The notes beneath the pieces are model-generated. The model was given only the letters and a program-made list of their open reading frames with translations, was not told the origin of the DNA and made no database searches. Shown in pieces: positions 1 through 8,819 of a DNA stretch of 37,991 nt. Source of the stretch: an uncultured Christensenellaceae bacterium (GTDB taxonomy: Bacteria; Bacillota; Clostridia; Christensenellales; Christensenellaceae); the NCBI GenBank assembly GCA_964371185.1, contig CAYJNC010000001.1:1-37991 (forward strand), written 5' to 3'. The position numbers and the translations under genes are program-made. Positions within the stretch are counted from its first letter, which is position 1; each line of letters opens with the position of its first letter.

Positions 1-73
1 CAGGTATTAACGACATTACCATTGCAACCGCAAGAATTATTACAACCACTCTTTTTCCAAAAAATTTTTCCAT
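1..73 (-). CDS. 5' end of an ORF that runs off the window (hydrophobic signal/TM-like N-terminus)
   Basis: Reverse complement of 1-73 reads ATG... = MEKFFGKRVVVIILAVAMVMSLIP. A purine-rich AAGGGGA lies just upstream (plus-strand 81-87). Too short to appear in the ORF track. Confidence 0.3.
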   Translation of the reverse strand, partial: MEKFFGKRVVVIILAVAMVMSLIP

Positions 74-320
74 GAAATTTTCCCCTTTATAATAAAAATG
101 TTTTCTAATAAATAATATTATAACATATTATAATATATTATCTATCTTTTTTCAAATTATCGTTAAATTATAATAATTCAATCAAGTTAAGTTTTTCATG
201 CCATATATTTACTTGGAAAAATGTCTAAAATGGGGGATTAGAGTTGTTTATTGTTGAAAATGATAAGAATAAAATAATTATTTTAGCACGAGCGTACGAT
301 TTTAGCATACGGTTGTAGAT

Positions 321-488
321 TTGGGTCTCTTAATACCTTTAGCCGTAATAGTTGGTATGATAGCCGGTGGATTGGTAGGCTTAGCAAATGGTATATTGTT
401 TGCTAAGGTAAAATTGGTACCGTTTATCGTGACACTTGCAACAAACACACTTGCACGCGTTTTTGTATACATTTCTTGCTTAAATTAA
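321..488 (+). pseudogene. Relic internal fragment of an RbsC/AraH-type sugar ABC permease
   Basis: Frame +3 reads LGLLIPLAVIVGMIAGGLVGLANGILFAKVKLVPFIVTLATNTLARVFVYISCLN*. By eye it aligns with FPAIAVGIIVGGALGTVTGLIVTFARLEPFICSLAMMVSARGLALL of the intact permease at 2365-3351. An in-frame TAG lies at 303-305 and there is no start codon or N-/C-terminal remainder. Confidence 0.55.
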
Positions 489-547
489 ATTAGATGTTAT
501 TTGAATTGCTGATTTTTTAATTTTTGGGTGACATATAGAAAAAACTG

Positions 548-561
548 TGAAATTAATTTCA
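548..561. promoter_or_regulatory. Perfect 14-bp palindrome TGAAATTAATTTCA, candidate operator (copy 1)
   Basis: Self-complementary 14-mer about 37 bp upstream of the -35 of the transporter promoter. The identical 14-mer recurs at 8806-8819 upstream of the BMC operon. Confidence 0.45.
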
Positions 562-597
562 AGACGCAAAACAAAAAATGAAATTTTAAAATATAGA

Positions 598-627
598 TTG
601 ACATAATAATGGTGAATGTGATATTAT
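598..627 (+). promoter_or_regulatory. Sigma-A-type promoter for the ABC transporter operon
   Basis: TTGACA (598-603), 18-nt spacer, TGaTATTAT extended -10 (619-627). It lies about 244 nt upstream of the ATG at 871, implying a long leader. Confidence 0.45.
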
Positions 628-660
628 CAGATGGAAATGAAGTCTCCTAATGTGATTGAA

Positions 661-674
661 TGAAATTAATTGCG
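661..674. promoter_or_regulatory. Degenerate copy of the palindrome (TGAAATTAATTGCG) inside the leader
   Basis: The first 11 nt are identical to the 548-561 palindrome. It lies downstream of the predicted -10. Confidence 0.25.
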
Positions 675-723
675 TTGAACGAAAATAATTCCACAAAAAC
701 AATAGAAACTAAGAATAACAGTA

Positions 724-771
724 ATAAAAAAGAAGTACAAATAAAAAAGAAGTACAAATAAAAAAGAAGTA
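724..771. repeat. 17-bp tandem direct repeat, about 2.8 copies (ATAAAAAAGAAGTACAA)
   Basis: 724-740 and 741-757 are identical. 758-771 matches the first 14 nt. Located in the 5' leader of the transporter operon. Confidence 0.85.
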
Positions 772-870
772 TATGTGATGCTGATAATGTTGCGTTAGGT
801 TGTATATAACTTTGTTCAAGTTAAAGTTTTGTAAAAAAATAAATGGAGAAATAAGCAGGAGGTATAAATA

Positions 871-2361
871 ATGCACAATACCATCCTTGAGATGAAAAAT
901 ATCAGTAAAAGTTTTCCCGGTGTAAAAGCTTTGGATAATGTATCTTTTTCTGCAGAGCGCGGAGAAGTACACTGTCTTATTGGCGCTAACGGAGCGGGAA
1001 AATCTACTCTTATGAAGATTTTAGCGGGTGCTTATGACAAAGATGAGGGTAGTGTGGTTTTTGATGGGAAAGAACTCAAAGGCGGTAGTACGACTGAAAC
1101 AAGAAAGTGTGGACTGGCTGTAATTTACCAAGAATTATCGCTGGTTAATGACTTGACCGTTACAGAAAACATATTTTTAAACAATATGCCAAGAAAACTT
1201 GGTAGGATTGATTGGAATACCGCACATAAAAAGGCAGAAGAGCTTATTGAAAGTCTAAATTTGAAAATTGATGTGAAATCACATGCGGGCGATTTGTCTA
1301 TAGGTTCAAGACAGTTGGTTGAACTTATGAAATGTCTATCGCTAAATGCGAAGTTGATAGTAATGGATGAACCTTCGGCTACACTGTCGAAAAATGAGTT
1401 TGAGACGCTATTGAAAATAATAGCGGACTTAAAAGCAAAAGGAATTACTATTATATATATTTCGCATCGTCTCGAAGAGTTGTTTATGGCCGGTGACAGG
1501 GTTACTGTGCTCCGGGACGGAAAAAATGTTACTACGTGTGAGATAAATAGCATTACACAAGACGAGTTAGTAGAATTTATGATAGGGCACAAGATAGAAG
1601 CCAGAATTAACAAGTCGTCCGAATCTGAAAGTGATAAAGAAGTTGTGCTTGAAGCGAAGGGCATTTGTACGTCTGTGATAAAGGACTTAAGCGTTACTCT
1701 TCATAAAGGTGAAATAATCGGTTTGTATGGCTTGGTTGGCGCAGGTAGAACCGAATTCTTAAGAGCGATATACGGAGCGGATAAAATAACAAAGGGGACG
1801 TTGAATATTAACGGCGTAAAGATGAAACCGAAAAGCCCAAGACATTCAATAAAGAATGGAATAGGAATGTTGCCGGAAAACAGAAAAATGCAGGGACTTG
1901 TGTTGTGTTTGCCGGTTTGGGAGAATATGGTGATGGTTGCGTCCAAAAAATTTCGTGGCCCGGTAGGGTTGAACTATAAAAAGATAGTTGATAGCTCTCG
2001 GAAATATATTAAAGAATTGGGGATTAAGACACCCGGAGAAAAGACGCTTGTAGAATCGTTATCGGGAGGAAATCAGCAAAAGGTTGTGCTGACGAAGTGG
2101 CTGTTACAGGAGTCGAAAATTCTTCTGGTTGATGAACCTACACAGGGGATTGACGTTGGCGCTAAGGAAGAAATATACAAAATACTACGTTCCTTGGCAG
2201 ACAAAGGAAATTCGCTGATTATTGCATCAAGTGAACTTGAAGAGTTGCTTGGAGTTTGTGATAGGATAATCACAATGTATAGGGGTGTAATGGTTGCAGA
2301 TTTTGACAAAAACGAATTACAAGAACAAGCTATATTGCGTTTCGCTGTGGCAGGGAGGTAA
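871..2361 (+). CDS. Sugar ABC transporter ATP-binding protein, duplicated ABC domains (RbsA/MglA/XylG type)
   Basis: 496 aa. Walker A GANGAGKST, second P-loop GLVGAGRTE, signature LSGGNQQKV, Walker B LLVDEPTQGID. GGAGG RBS at 858-862. Confidence 0.92.
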   Translation: MHNTILEMKNISKSFPGVKALDNVSFSAERGEVHCLIGANGAGKSTLMKILAGAYDKDEGSVVFDGKELKGGSTTETRKCGLAVIYQELSLVNDLTVTENIFLNNMPRKLGRIDWNTAHKKAEELIESLNLKIDVKSHAGDLSIGSRQLVELMKCLSLNAKLIVMDEPSATLSKNEFETLLKIIADLKAKGITIIYISHRLEELFMAGDRVTVLRDGKNVTTCEINSITQDELVEFMIGHKIEARINKSSESESDKEVVLEAKGICTSVIKDLSVTLHKGEIIGLYGLVGAGRTEFLRAIYGADKITKGTLNINGVKMKPKSPRHSIKNGIGMLPENRKMQGLVLCLPVWENMVMVASKKFRGPVGLNYKKIVDSSRKYIKELGIKTPGEKTLVESLSGGNQQKVVLTKWLLQESKILLVDEPTQGIDVGAKEEIYKILRSLADKGNSLIIASSELEELLGVCDRIITMYRGVMVADFDKNELQEQAILRFAVAGR

Positions 2362-2364
2362 AAA

Positions 2365-3351
2365 ATGGAAATTTCAAAGACAAAATTTGATTTAAAGATA
2401 TTTTTAAAAAGATATAATACAATATTACTTATAGCACTGTTTGTAATAATCTCTACAATACTTTCGGAAAACTTTCTTACGTTTTCTAATATGAGCAATA
2501 TCTTGCAGTCGTATGCTGCGCCGGGTATTATTGCTATTGGCATGACATTAACAATGTTGACGGGTGGTGTAGACCTTTCGGTAGGCTCGGTCGCCGCACT
2601 TTCGGCAATGGTGTCGGCAATGTTATTTTCACAAGGAATACATCCGTTTCCTGCGATTGCTGTTGGAATAATTGTGGGTGGTGCACTTGGGACAGTTACA
2701 GGGTTGATAGTGACGTTTGCTAGGCTTGAACCGTTTATTTGCTCACTGGCAATGATGGTTTCCGCAAGAGGTCTTGCGTTGTTGGCTACAGATGCGAATG
2801 TTATTTCAGGATTGAAGCGTATGCCTAACGGTGAACTGTTTTGCTTTATTGGAGGTGGTTCAATAGATTTGGGATTCATGAAATTTCCTGTAGCCGGATT
2901 AGCCTGGATATTAATTACCATAGCCGTGGCTTTGTTGCTAAAATATACGATTTTCGGAAGAAGTTTGTATGCTATTGGTGGAAACAGAGAGGCCGCGATA
3001 CTTTCGGGTATCAGAGTTAAACTTTATGGAACATTGGTATGGACATGTTCGGGGCTGACTGCCGGTTTCGCCGGCATTATGCTTACGGCTTGGTTAACAA
3101 CTGCACAGCCGACAATCGGTTCGGGGTTTGAACTTGATGCAATGGCGGCGGCTGTTGTTGGAGGAACCTCTATGAGTGGCGGAAAAGGTGGGGTAATCGG
3201 CACGTTCGGTGGGGTAATACTTTTGGCTATAATAACGAATATTTTCAACCTGGTGGGGCTGGAATCATATTACCAGCAGATTTTAAGAGGCGTCATTATT
3301 ATAGCTGCACTGTTGCTTAACACGTTTGTGTCAAGAACCGGAAAAAATTAA
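2365..3351 (+). CDS. Sugar ABC transporter permease (RbsC/AraH family)
   Basis: 328 aa, polytopic and hydrophobic. TGGVDLSVGS motif typical of the RbsC family. Starts 3 nt after the ATPase stop. Confidence 0.9.
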   Translation: MEISKTKFDLKIFLKRYNTILLIALFVIISTILSENFLTFSNMSNILQSYAAPGIIAIGMTLTMLTGGVDLSVGSVAALSAMVSAMLFSQGIHPFPAIAVGIIVGGALGTVTGLIVTFARLEPFICSLAMMVSARGLALLATDANVISGLKRMPNGELFCFIGGGSIDLGFMKFPVAGLAWILITIAVALLLKYTIFGRSLYAIGGNREAAILSGIRVKLYGTLVWTCSGLTAGFAGIMLTAWLTTAQPTIGSGFELDAMAAAVVGGTSMSGGKGGVIGTFGGVILLAIITNIFNLVGLESYYQQILRGVIIIAALLLNTFVSRTGKN

Positions 3352-3394
3352 GTTTGTCGTAATAGACAAAATAAAATATTATTGGAGGAATGAA

Positions 3395-4447
3395 ATGAAG
3401 AGAACAAAATTAATGGTATTGGTATCAATGATTGTTGTAGCGATGTTATTGGTAATGGCATGCTCGCCACAACCTACGCCGGAGGCTGCACCCGCAGAAC
3501 AACCCGCAGAACAACCCGCAGAACAGCCTGCAGAAGAACCTGCTGAAGAACCTGCTGAAGAACCTGCTGACGGTGAAATAGTAATAGGATTTGCTCAAGC
3601 AACTATGGCTAGCCCGTTCTACGTATCACAGGTTGATGCAGCAAGAGCAGCGGCAGAAACTGCCGGTGTAGGCTTTGAAGAAGTTGATGCTAATGAAGAT
3701 GTAACATTGCAAAACACACAAATTCTTGATTTAATACAAAAAGGTATTGATGTATTAATCCTGAATGCCGTTGATCCCGATGGTGTAGCACCCGCTCTTG
3801 AAGCTTGTGCAGAAAACAATATTCCGGTAGTAACGGTAGACAGATTTGTTAATGCAGACGTAGCTTGTGTGGTTGGCAGAGACAACACGTTGCTTGGCGA
3901 AATGGTTGGAGAAGCTGTTGTTGAAGAATTGGGCGGCAGTGGAAATATCGAAGGCGTTAAGATCCTTGAAGTAATGGGTTCTGCGGGCGACAGAGTACAA
4001 GAAGCACGTTCGGGCGGATTCCATAATGTACTTGATGCAGAAGGTGTTGAGTTTGTTCAAACTGATTATTGCAACTACGTTCGTTCTTTAGCTGCAACAG
4101 CTACACAAACAGCAATCCAAGCACATGATGACATCGCTATGATATACGGTCATAACGATGACATGGCTCTTGGTGCACTTCAAGTTTGCATAGACAACGG
4201 TCTTGATGTTAAAGCTTCGGGAGTTGATGGCCTTATGGAAGCTGTTGATGCTATTGCTGCAGGAACATACGTTGCTACAGCTGCTAACGATCCGTTGAGC
4301 ATGGGCGAAATGGCATTTGACATTGCACTTAAATTGGCTAATGGTGAAACTGTTGAAGCAACTGCTGATCCGGGCACATTCCTAATAGATGCTTCAAATG
4401 CATCTGATTATCAAAATCCTGAATTAGCATTTGCACACGCAGAATAA
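3395..4447 (+). CDS. Sugar ABC transporter substrate-binding lipoprotein (RbsB-like periplasmic-binding fold)
   Basis: The ATG at 3395 is preceded by GGAGGA (3384-3389). Signal peptide MKRTKLMVLVSMIVVAMLLVMAC has a lipobox-like VMAC. A Pro/Glu linker is followed by IVIGFAQATMASPFY...VLILNAVDP...IPVVTVDR, typical of type-I sugar-binding proteins. The ORF-track start at 3326 overlaps the permease gene and lacks an RBS. Confidence 0.88.
   Translation: MKRTKLMVLVSMIVVAMLLVMACSPQPTPEAAPAEQPAEQPAEQPAEEPAEEPAEEPADGEIVIGFAQATMASPFYVSQVDAARAAAETAGVGFEEVDANEDVTLQNTQILDLIQKGIDVLILNAVDPDGVAPALEACAENNIPVVTVDRFVNADVACVVGRDNTLLGEMVGEAVVEELGGSGNIEGVKILEVMGSAGDRVQEARSGGFHNVLDAEGVEFVQTDYCNYVRSLAATATQTAIQAHDDIAMIYGHNDDMALGALQVCIDNGLDVKASGVDGLMEAVDAIAAGTYVATAANDPLSMGEMAFDIALKLANGETVEATADPGTFLIDASNASDYQNPELAFAHAE
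3491..3568 (+). repeat. In-frame 12-nt tandem repeats encoding the (PAEQ)3(PAEE)3 linker
   Basis: cccgcagaacaa x3 (third copy ends cag), then cctgc(a/t)gaagaa x3, read directly. They encode PAEQPAEQPAEQPAEEPAEEPAEEPA after the lipobox Cys. Confidence 0.9.
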
Positions 4448-4480
4448 TTTAGAAGATTTGTAATAGTTTAAGGTAAAAAT

Positions 4481-4521
4481 CTGTGGTTTGTGAATTTATT
4501 TGCAAGCCACAGAAAAATTTT
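4481..4521 (+). terminator. Rho-independent terminator after the binding-protein gene
   Basis: CTGTGGTTTG (4481-4490) pairs with CAAGCCACAG (4503-4512), including one G-U pair. It is followed by AAAAATTTT. Confidence 0.6.
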
Positions 4522-4530
4522 GCAATCGCA

Positions 4531-4559
4531 TTGACTATGCCTTTTTAATGGGATACAAT
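4531..4559 (+). promoter_or_regulatory. Sigma-A-type promoter for the regulator/kinase genes
   Basis: TTGACT (4531-4536), 17-nt spacer, TACAAT (4554-4559). Confidence 0.55.
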
Positions 4560-4632
4560 ATACACATAATAGAAGTTGAAATTTGTAAATTTTAGAAGTA
4601 ATTTTCATGCTAACAAAATTTACGGTATAGGT

Positions 4633-5607
4633 ATGGTGAGGATATTGAATACACAGGATAAGGCACAATTAATATGGACGGCTAAGTTATACTACGAGCT
4701 TAATATGAGTCAAGAGGAAATTGCAAAAAGAGGAAACATTTCAAAATCTACAGTGTGTAGACTGCTAAAAAAAGCTGTAGATATGAACTATGTAAAAATA
4801 GAAGTCGTGGATCCGTTTGAGTCTATAGTAAGTTTAGAAGAAGAACTTAAAAAGACATTTAATATTGAAGAAGTCAACGTGTGCCCTGTTTATATTGATG
4901 ATTATATAATCAGGACAAGGGACACATGTAAAATAGCAGCAAAGAACATAACAAGGTTGATAGGCGACAATGACACAATCGGTGTTGGCTGGGGGAGTAC
5001 GATGTATAGTGTGTCACAGCACATTGTTCCTCTAAACCCACCAAAGAGAAATATAAAAATTGTGCAATTGCATGGTACTGTCGTAAAGAATATCGCATCG
5101 GCAAAGAGTACCGGAATAATTGAAAATTTTGCAGAATGTTATTACGGAACAGGATATCTGATGCTTGCACCGGTCTTGGTAGACAGTGTAAATACGGCAG
5201 AGGCAATAAAAAATGATTCGAATATCAGAATGGTTTTTGATATTGTTTCTGAGGCAAATATAGCCGTTGTGGGTGTTGGAGACATGTCTACGAATATGGC
5301 TTTGCTCGAAAGAGGAATTTACACCGAAGAAGAGTTGGTGAAGATTGGTAATATAGACGTAGTCGGTGATATTTGCTCCAGATATTTTGATATATACGGA
5401 AATTCGGTAATGAAGGATATTTCCGATAGGACCATAGCTGTTACTCTTGATGAGCTGAAGAAAAAAAAGCATGTGGTTGGAGTAGCGGTAGGAGAGCATA
5501 AGGTAAGGGCAATTGTGGGAGCGCTGAATACCGGAGTATTTTCGGCTTTTTATACCGATGAATTAACAGCTAAAAAGGTGTTGGCAGTTGCCGGGGGATT
5601 GAGATAG
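4633..5607 (+). CDS. SorC/DeoR-type sugar-binding transcriptional regulator (copy 1)
   Basis: N-terminal HTH LYYELNMSQEEIAKRGNISKSTVCRLLKKA plus a C-terminal sugar-phosphate-binding domain. Colinear with the paralog at 16103-17080. I prefer the ATG at 4633 (MVRILNTQDK). The ORF-track TTG at 4576 would lie only about 10 nt from the predicted transcription start. The start is uncertain. Confidence 0.85.
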   Translation: MVRILNTQDKAQLIWTAKLYYELNMSQEEIAKRGNISKSTVCRLLKKAVDMNYVKIEVVDPFESIVSLEEELKKTFNIEEVNVCPVYIDDYIIRTRDTCKIAAKNITRLIGDNDTIGVGWGSTMYSVSQHIVPLNPPKRNIKIVQLHGTVVKNIASAKSTGIIENFAECYYGTGYLMLAPVLVDSVNTAEAIKNDSNIRMVFDIVSEANIAVVGVGDMSTNMALLERGIYTEEELVKIGNIDVVGDICSRYFDIYGNSVMKDISDRTIAVTLDELKKKKHVVGVAVGEHKVRAIVGALNTGVFSAFYTDELTAKKVLAVAGGLR

Positions 5608-5608
5608 T

Positions 5609-7168
5609 ATGGTTAAAATCGACGGTAATATTGGTCAAAATAAAGAATACTTTTTAGGGATAGATTTTGGTACACAGGGTGTGCGTTGCGGTATTGTATG
5701 CCCGGAGGGCATTGTACAGAGTGTTTCGCATGAAAAATTTAACACCTATTATCCCGAGCCGGGCTGGGCAGAGCAAAACCCAACAGATTGGATAGATTGT
5801 TTATGCAAGGCTGCCCATGACTGTATTTCGCGTGTGGATAAAGAAATATCCGAAGCTATTTCCGGCATAAGCGTGTGCGCTACGTCGTCTACTATTGTGC
5901 CGGTGTTAGAAGATGGCACCGCCTTGATGGATGCGATGGTATGGATGGATAACCGAGCCTATTTAGAAGAGTACGGAATAAATGAAACGAAGCATGAAGT
6001 GCTAAAATACTGCGGAACAAAGGTTTCGGCGGAATGGTTGGTACCCAAACTACTTTGGATAAAAAACAACAGAAGAGACGTATATGAGAGGTCTTATAAA
6101 ATTGTAGAACAATTAGACTATATAAATTTCTTCTTGACCGGAGAATGGGTAGCCTCTGTTTGTAATGCTACATGCAAGAGTAACTATATAGAAAACAACG
6201 GAAAATGGAACAGAAGTTTTTTTGAAGGTATTCGTTTAGGAGAGTTTAGCAGAAAATTAAACACCGATGTTTTGCATTTTGGGGAGCCTATTGCAAAAAT
6301 CAGAGGGGCTGTTGCAAAAAAAATCGGTCTTAGTAAGAATGTACTTGTATACATGGGAGGGATTGACGCACATACGGCTATGATTGGTATGGGTGTGTCA
6401 AAACCCGGTGATTTAGGAATAGTTATGGGGTCGAGTTTCGTTCATATTGGTTTGTCTGAAACGCCTAATTATAACCCGGGTATATGGGGTCCTTACTTAA
6501 ATGCGGTAGTACCCGGGCTTTATTCCCATGAAGGAGGGCAAGTTTCCGCCGGTTCTATTGTCAAATGGTTTATCAGAGAATTTAAGGTAGAAGGTGAAGA
6601 CCCTTATGAAACTATGATAAAAGAAGCGGCAAAGGTTCCGCCGGGAAGCAAAGGGGTTTTGGCCTTAGATTATTTCCAAGGAAACAGGACACCATATAAA
6701 GATCCTGCTGCAACGGGAGTGTTTTACGGTCTGACATTGAGCAGCACACGTGCACATATTTTTAGGGCTATACTTGAAAGTGTTGCATATGGAATGCGCA
6801 ATGTTATAGAACATATGACAGAAGACAATTTGCAAATTAATAATATTTTAGCCTGTGGTGGCGTAACGCATAATCCGCTTTGGCTACAGATTATTGCTGA
6901 TGTTTGCGGTAAGTCTATAAAACTATCTACACGTGCAACAGAGGCAGGCATAACCGGTTGTGCGATTGTAGCGGCCGTAGGGGCAAAACTATATCCCGAT
7001 TTTACCGAAGCGACAGAGAAAATGGTTAAATTAAACTCGTCTGTAACACCAAATATGCAGACGCATAAAATATATAATGAACTTTATGAAGAATATCTGG
7101 AATTGTATGACTGTTTAAAAGGATTTATGAAAAAAGGAAAAAAACTATCGAACAAAAAGACGTGGTAA
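5609..7168 (+). CDS. FGGY-family carbohydrate kinase (pentulose/ribulokinase-like), paralog 1
   Basis: 519 aa. LGIDFGTQGVRCGI N-terminal ATPase motif, GWAEQNP, GGQVSAGSIVKWF, FQGNRTPYKDP, ACGGVTHNPLWLQIIADVCG. Confidence 0.88.
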   Translation: MVKIDGNIGQNKEYFLGIDFGTQGVRCGIVCPEGIVQSVSHEKFNTYYPEPGWAEQNPTDWIDCLCKAAHDCISRVDKEISEAISGISVCATSSTIVPVLEDGTALMDAMVWMDNRAYLEEYGINETKHEVLKYCGTKVSAEWLVPKLLWIKNNRRDVYERSYKIVEQLDYINFFLTGEWVASVCNATCKSNYIENNGKWNRSFFEGIRLGEFSRKLNTDVLHFGEPIAKIRGAVAKKIGLSKNVLVYMGGIDAHTAMIGMGVSKPGDLGIVMGSSFVHIGLSETPNYNPGIWGPYLNAVVPGLYSHEGGQVSAGSIVKWFIREFKVEGEDPYETMIKEAAKVPPGSKGVLALDYFQGNRTPYKDPAATGVFYGLTLSSTRAHIFRAILESVAYGMRNVIEHMTEDNLQINNILACGGVTHNPLWLQIIADVCGKSIKLSTRATEAGITGCAIVAAVGAKLYPDFTEATEKMVKLNSSVTPNMQTHKIYNELYEEYLELYDCLKGFMKKGKKLSNKKTW

Positions 7169-7204
7169 AGGGTAGATAGTTTTTCATATGAAAGAAGGGA
7201 TAGC

Positions 7205-8713
7205 ATGAGTGCGAACTTGTTAGGACTTGATTTCGGCACCCAGAGTGTTCGTTGTGGCATTTTTGACGAAAAAGGGAGCGTTTTAGGGGTGGCTGAAGCT
7301 AAATATGACACAAAACATCCGCAAAAAGGATGGGCGGAACAATGCCCGACTCAGTGGATAGATTGTATGAAGCAAGCTATTATTTTAAGTATAAAACAAT
7401 TACAAAAAGAACAAATTGATAATATAATCGGTGTCAGCGTTTGTACTACCTCGAGCACGGTTTTGTGCATAGGGGAAGACAACAAACCACTTAGCGAAGC
7501 GATTTTATGGATGGATAACCGTGCTAAAGAGCAGGTTTTGAGAATAAATCGGCTTAATCACCCGGTGTTAAAATACTGTGGCGGCGAAACATCTGTAGAA
7601 TGGTTGGTGCCAAAAACACTTTGGTTAAAGGAAAATAGGCCGGAAATTTTTAACCGTTCAAAACGCATTGTTGAGATGCAAGACTACATAACATACGTGC
7701 TTACGGGCAGGTGGTGTGCGTCTGTCAGTCAGGCGACTTGCAAGGGGCATTTTGTGTTGGACGAAGGCGGATTTAATGATGATTTCTTTAAGTCTATAGG
7801 CCTTGATAATTACAGAGAAATATATTCTACGGATATTTTAGAACAGGGCGAAATTGCCGGAAATTTAATTGCCGATATGGCGAAAGAAGTAGGGTTGCCG
7901 ACAGATATTCCCGTATACATGGGTGGCATTGATGCTCATGTTAACATGATCGGTTTGGGTGTTGTTAAACCGGGAGACATGGGTTGTGTTATGGGAACGA
8001 GTTTTGTTCATTTGGCGGCAAGCGAAAAACCTGTTTTTGCAGATGGTGTTTGGGGGCCATATAAAAGCGCTATCATACCGAAACAGTATTGCATAGAAGG
8101 TGGACAGGTTTCGGCGGGTTCTATTACGAAGTGGTTTGTTAACGAATTTTCGATAGAAGGTGAAAATCCTTATATGCAAATAGCGGAAGAGGCAAAAAAT
8201 GTTTCTCCCGGTTCTGAGGGTGTAATATGTTTAGATTTTTTCCAAGGTAACAGGACTCCGTATAAAGATCCCTTTGCAAAAGGCATGTTTTATGGCTTAA
8301 CTCTGTCAAACACCAGGGCTCATATGTATAGGGCGGTTCTTGAAGCGGTTGCTTTTGGCACAAGAAATATTATTGAAACAATGGAAAAATCCGGCGCCGA
8401 TATTGCAGAAATCAGAGGGTGTGGCGGTGTAACCAACAATGAAATTTGGCTTAAAATCATTGCCGATGTGTGCAAAAAACCTATTATAATAACTAAAAAT
8501 TCGACGGTTGCGGGTATGCTTGGCGCCGCTATGATAGTTGCTGTGGGAAGTGGCGTTTATAAGGATTTCCAACAAGCGGCAGACAATATGGTGCAGCAAG
8601 TTAGCGTGATTAAACCTGACATGAATTCAGATTATGAACACTATTATGAAAGATATCTTAAGATTTACGATCGCTTAAAAGATATAATGCAAGAAGACGA
8701 ATATAAAGCATAA
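7205..8713 (+). CDS. FGGY-family carbohydrate kinase, paralog 2
   Basis: 502 aa. Colinear with the preceding kinase and carries the same motifs (LGLDFGTQSVRCGI, GGQVSAGSITKWF, FQGNRTPYKDP, GCGGVTNNEIWLKIIADVC). Confidence 0.88.
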   Translation: MSANLLGLDFGTQSVRCGIFDEKGSVLGVAEAKYDTKHPQKGWAEQCPTQWIDCMKQAIILSIKQLQKEQIDNIIGVSVCTTSSTVLCIGEDNKPLSEAILWMDNRAKEQVLRINRLNHPVLKYCGGETSVEWLVPKTLWLKENRPEIFNRSKRIVEMQDYITYVLTGRWCASVSQATCKGHFVLDEGGFNDDFFKSIGLDNYREIYSTDILEQGEIAGNLIADMAKEVGLPTDIPVYMGGIDAHVNMIGLGVVKPGDMGCVMGTSFVHLAASEKPVFADGVWGPYKSAIIPKQYCIEGGQVSAGSITKWFVNEFSIEGENPYMQIAEEAKNVSPGSEGVICLDFFQGNRTPYKDPFAKGMFYGLTLSNTRAHMYRAVLEAVAFGTRNIIETMEKSGADIAEIRGCGGVTNNEIWLKIIADVCKKPIIITKNSTVAGMLGAAMIVAVGSGVYKDFQQAADNMVQQVSVIKPDMNSDYEHYYERYLKIYDRLKDIMQEDEYKA

Positions 8714-8805
8714 TGTTTAAAGAAGTTTTAAACACTATTAAAGTGAAATTTGCAAGTAAAAAGATATGAAATATGTTGCGTATCTTACTTCGATTTAAGG
8801 TTTGA

Positions 8806-8819
8806 TGAAATTAATTTCA
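8806..8819. promoter_or_regulatory. Perfect 14-bp palindrome TGAAATTAATTTCA, candidate operator (copy 2)
   Basis: Identical to 548-561. It lies 27 bp upstream of the TTGACA at 8846. A related AAAATTAATCGCA element follows at 8826-8838. Confidence 0.45.

Noticed and set aside
709-972. 87-aa minus-strand ORF spanning the tandem repeat and the ATPase start
   Set aside because: Its translation is dominated by the AT-rich repeat (FFFICTSFLFVLLFYY). It overlaps the well-supported ATPase start and RBS.
3326-3394. ORF-track N-terminal extension of the binding protein (MCQEPEKIKF...)
   Set aside because: It overlaps the permease 3' end and has no RBS. The ATG at 3395 follows GGAGGA and begins a typical lipoprotein signal peptide.
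4576-4632. TTG-initiated 19-codon extension of the first SorC regulator
   Set aside because: It would start about 10 nt from the predicted transcription start, and the paralog at 16103 aligns from about the ATG at 4633. I kept it as an alternative start only.
579-8750. Treating every TGAAATT half-site (for example 579, 4577, 8744) as an operator
   Set aside because: A 7-mer of this composition is expected many times by chance in AT-rich DNA. Only the full 14-bp palindrome pair and their adjacent degenerate copies are reported.
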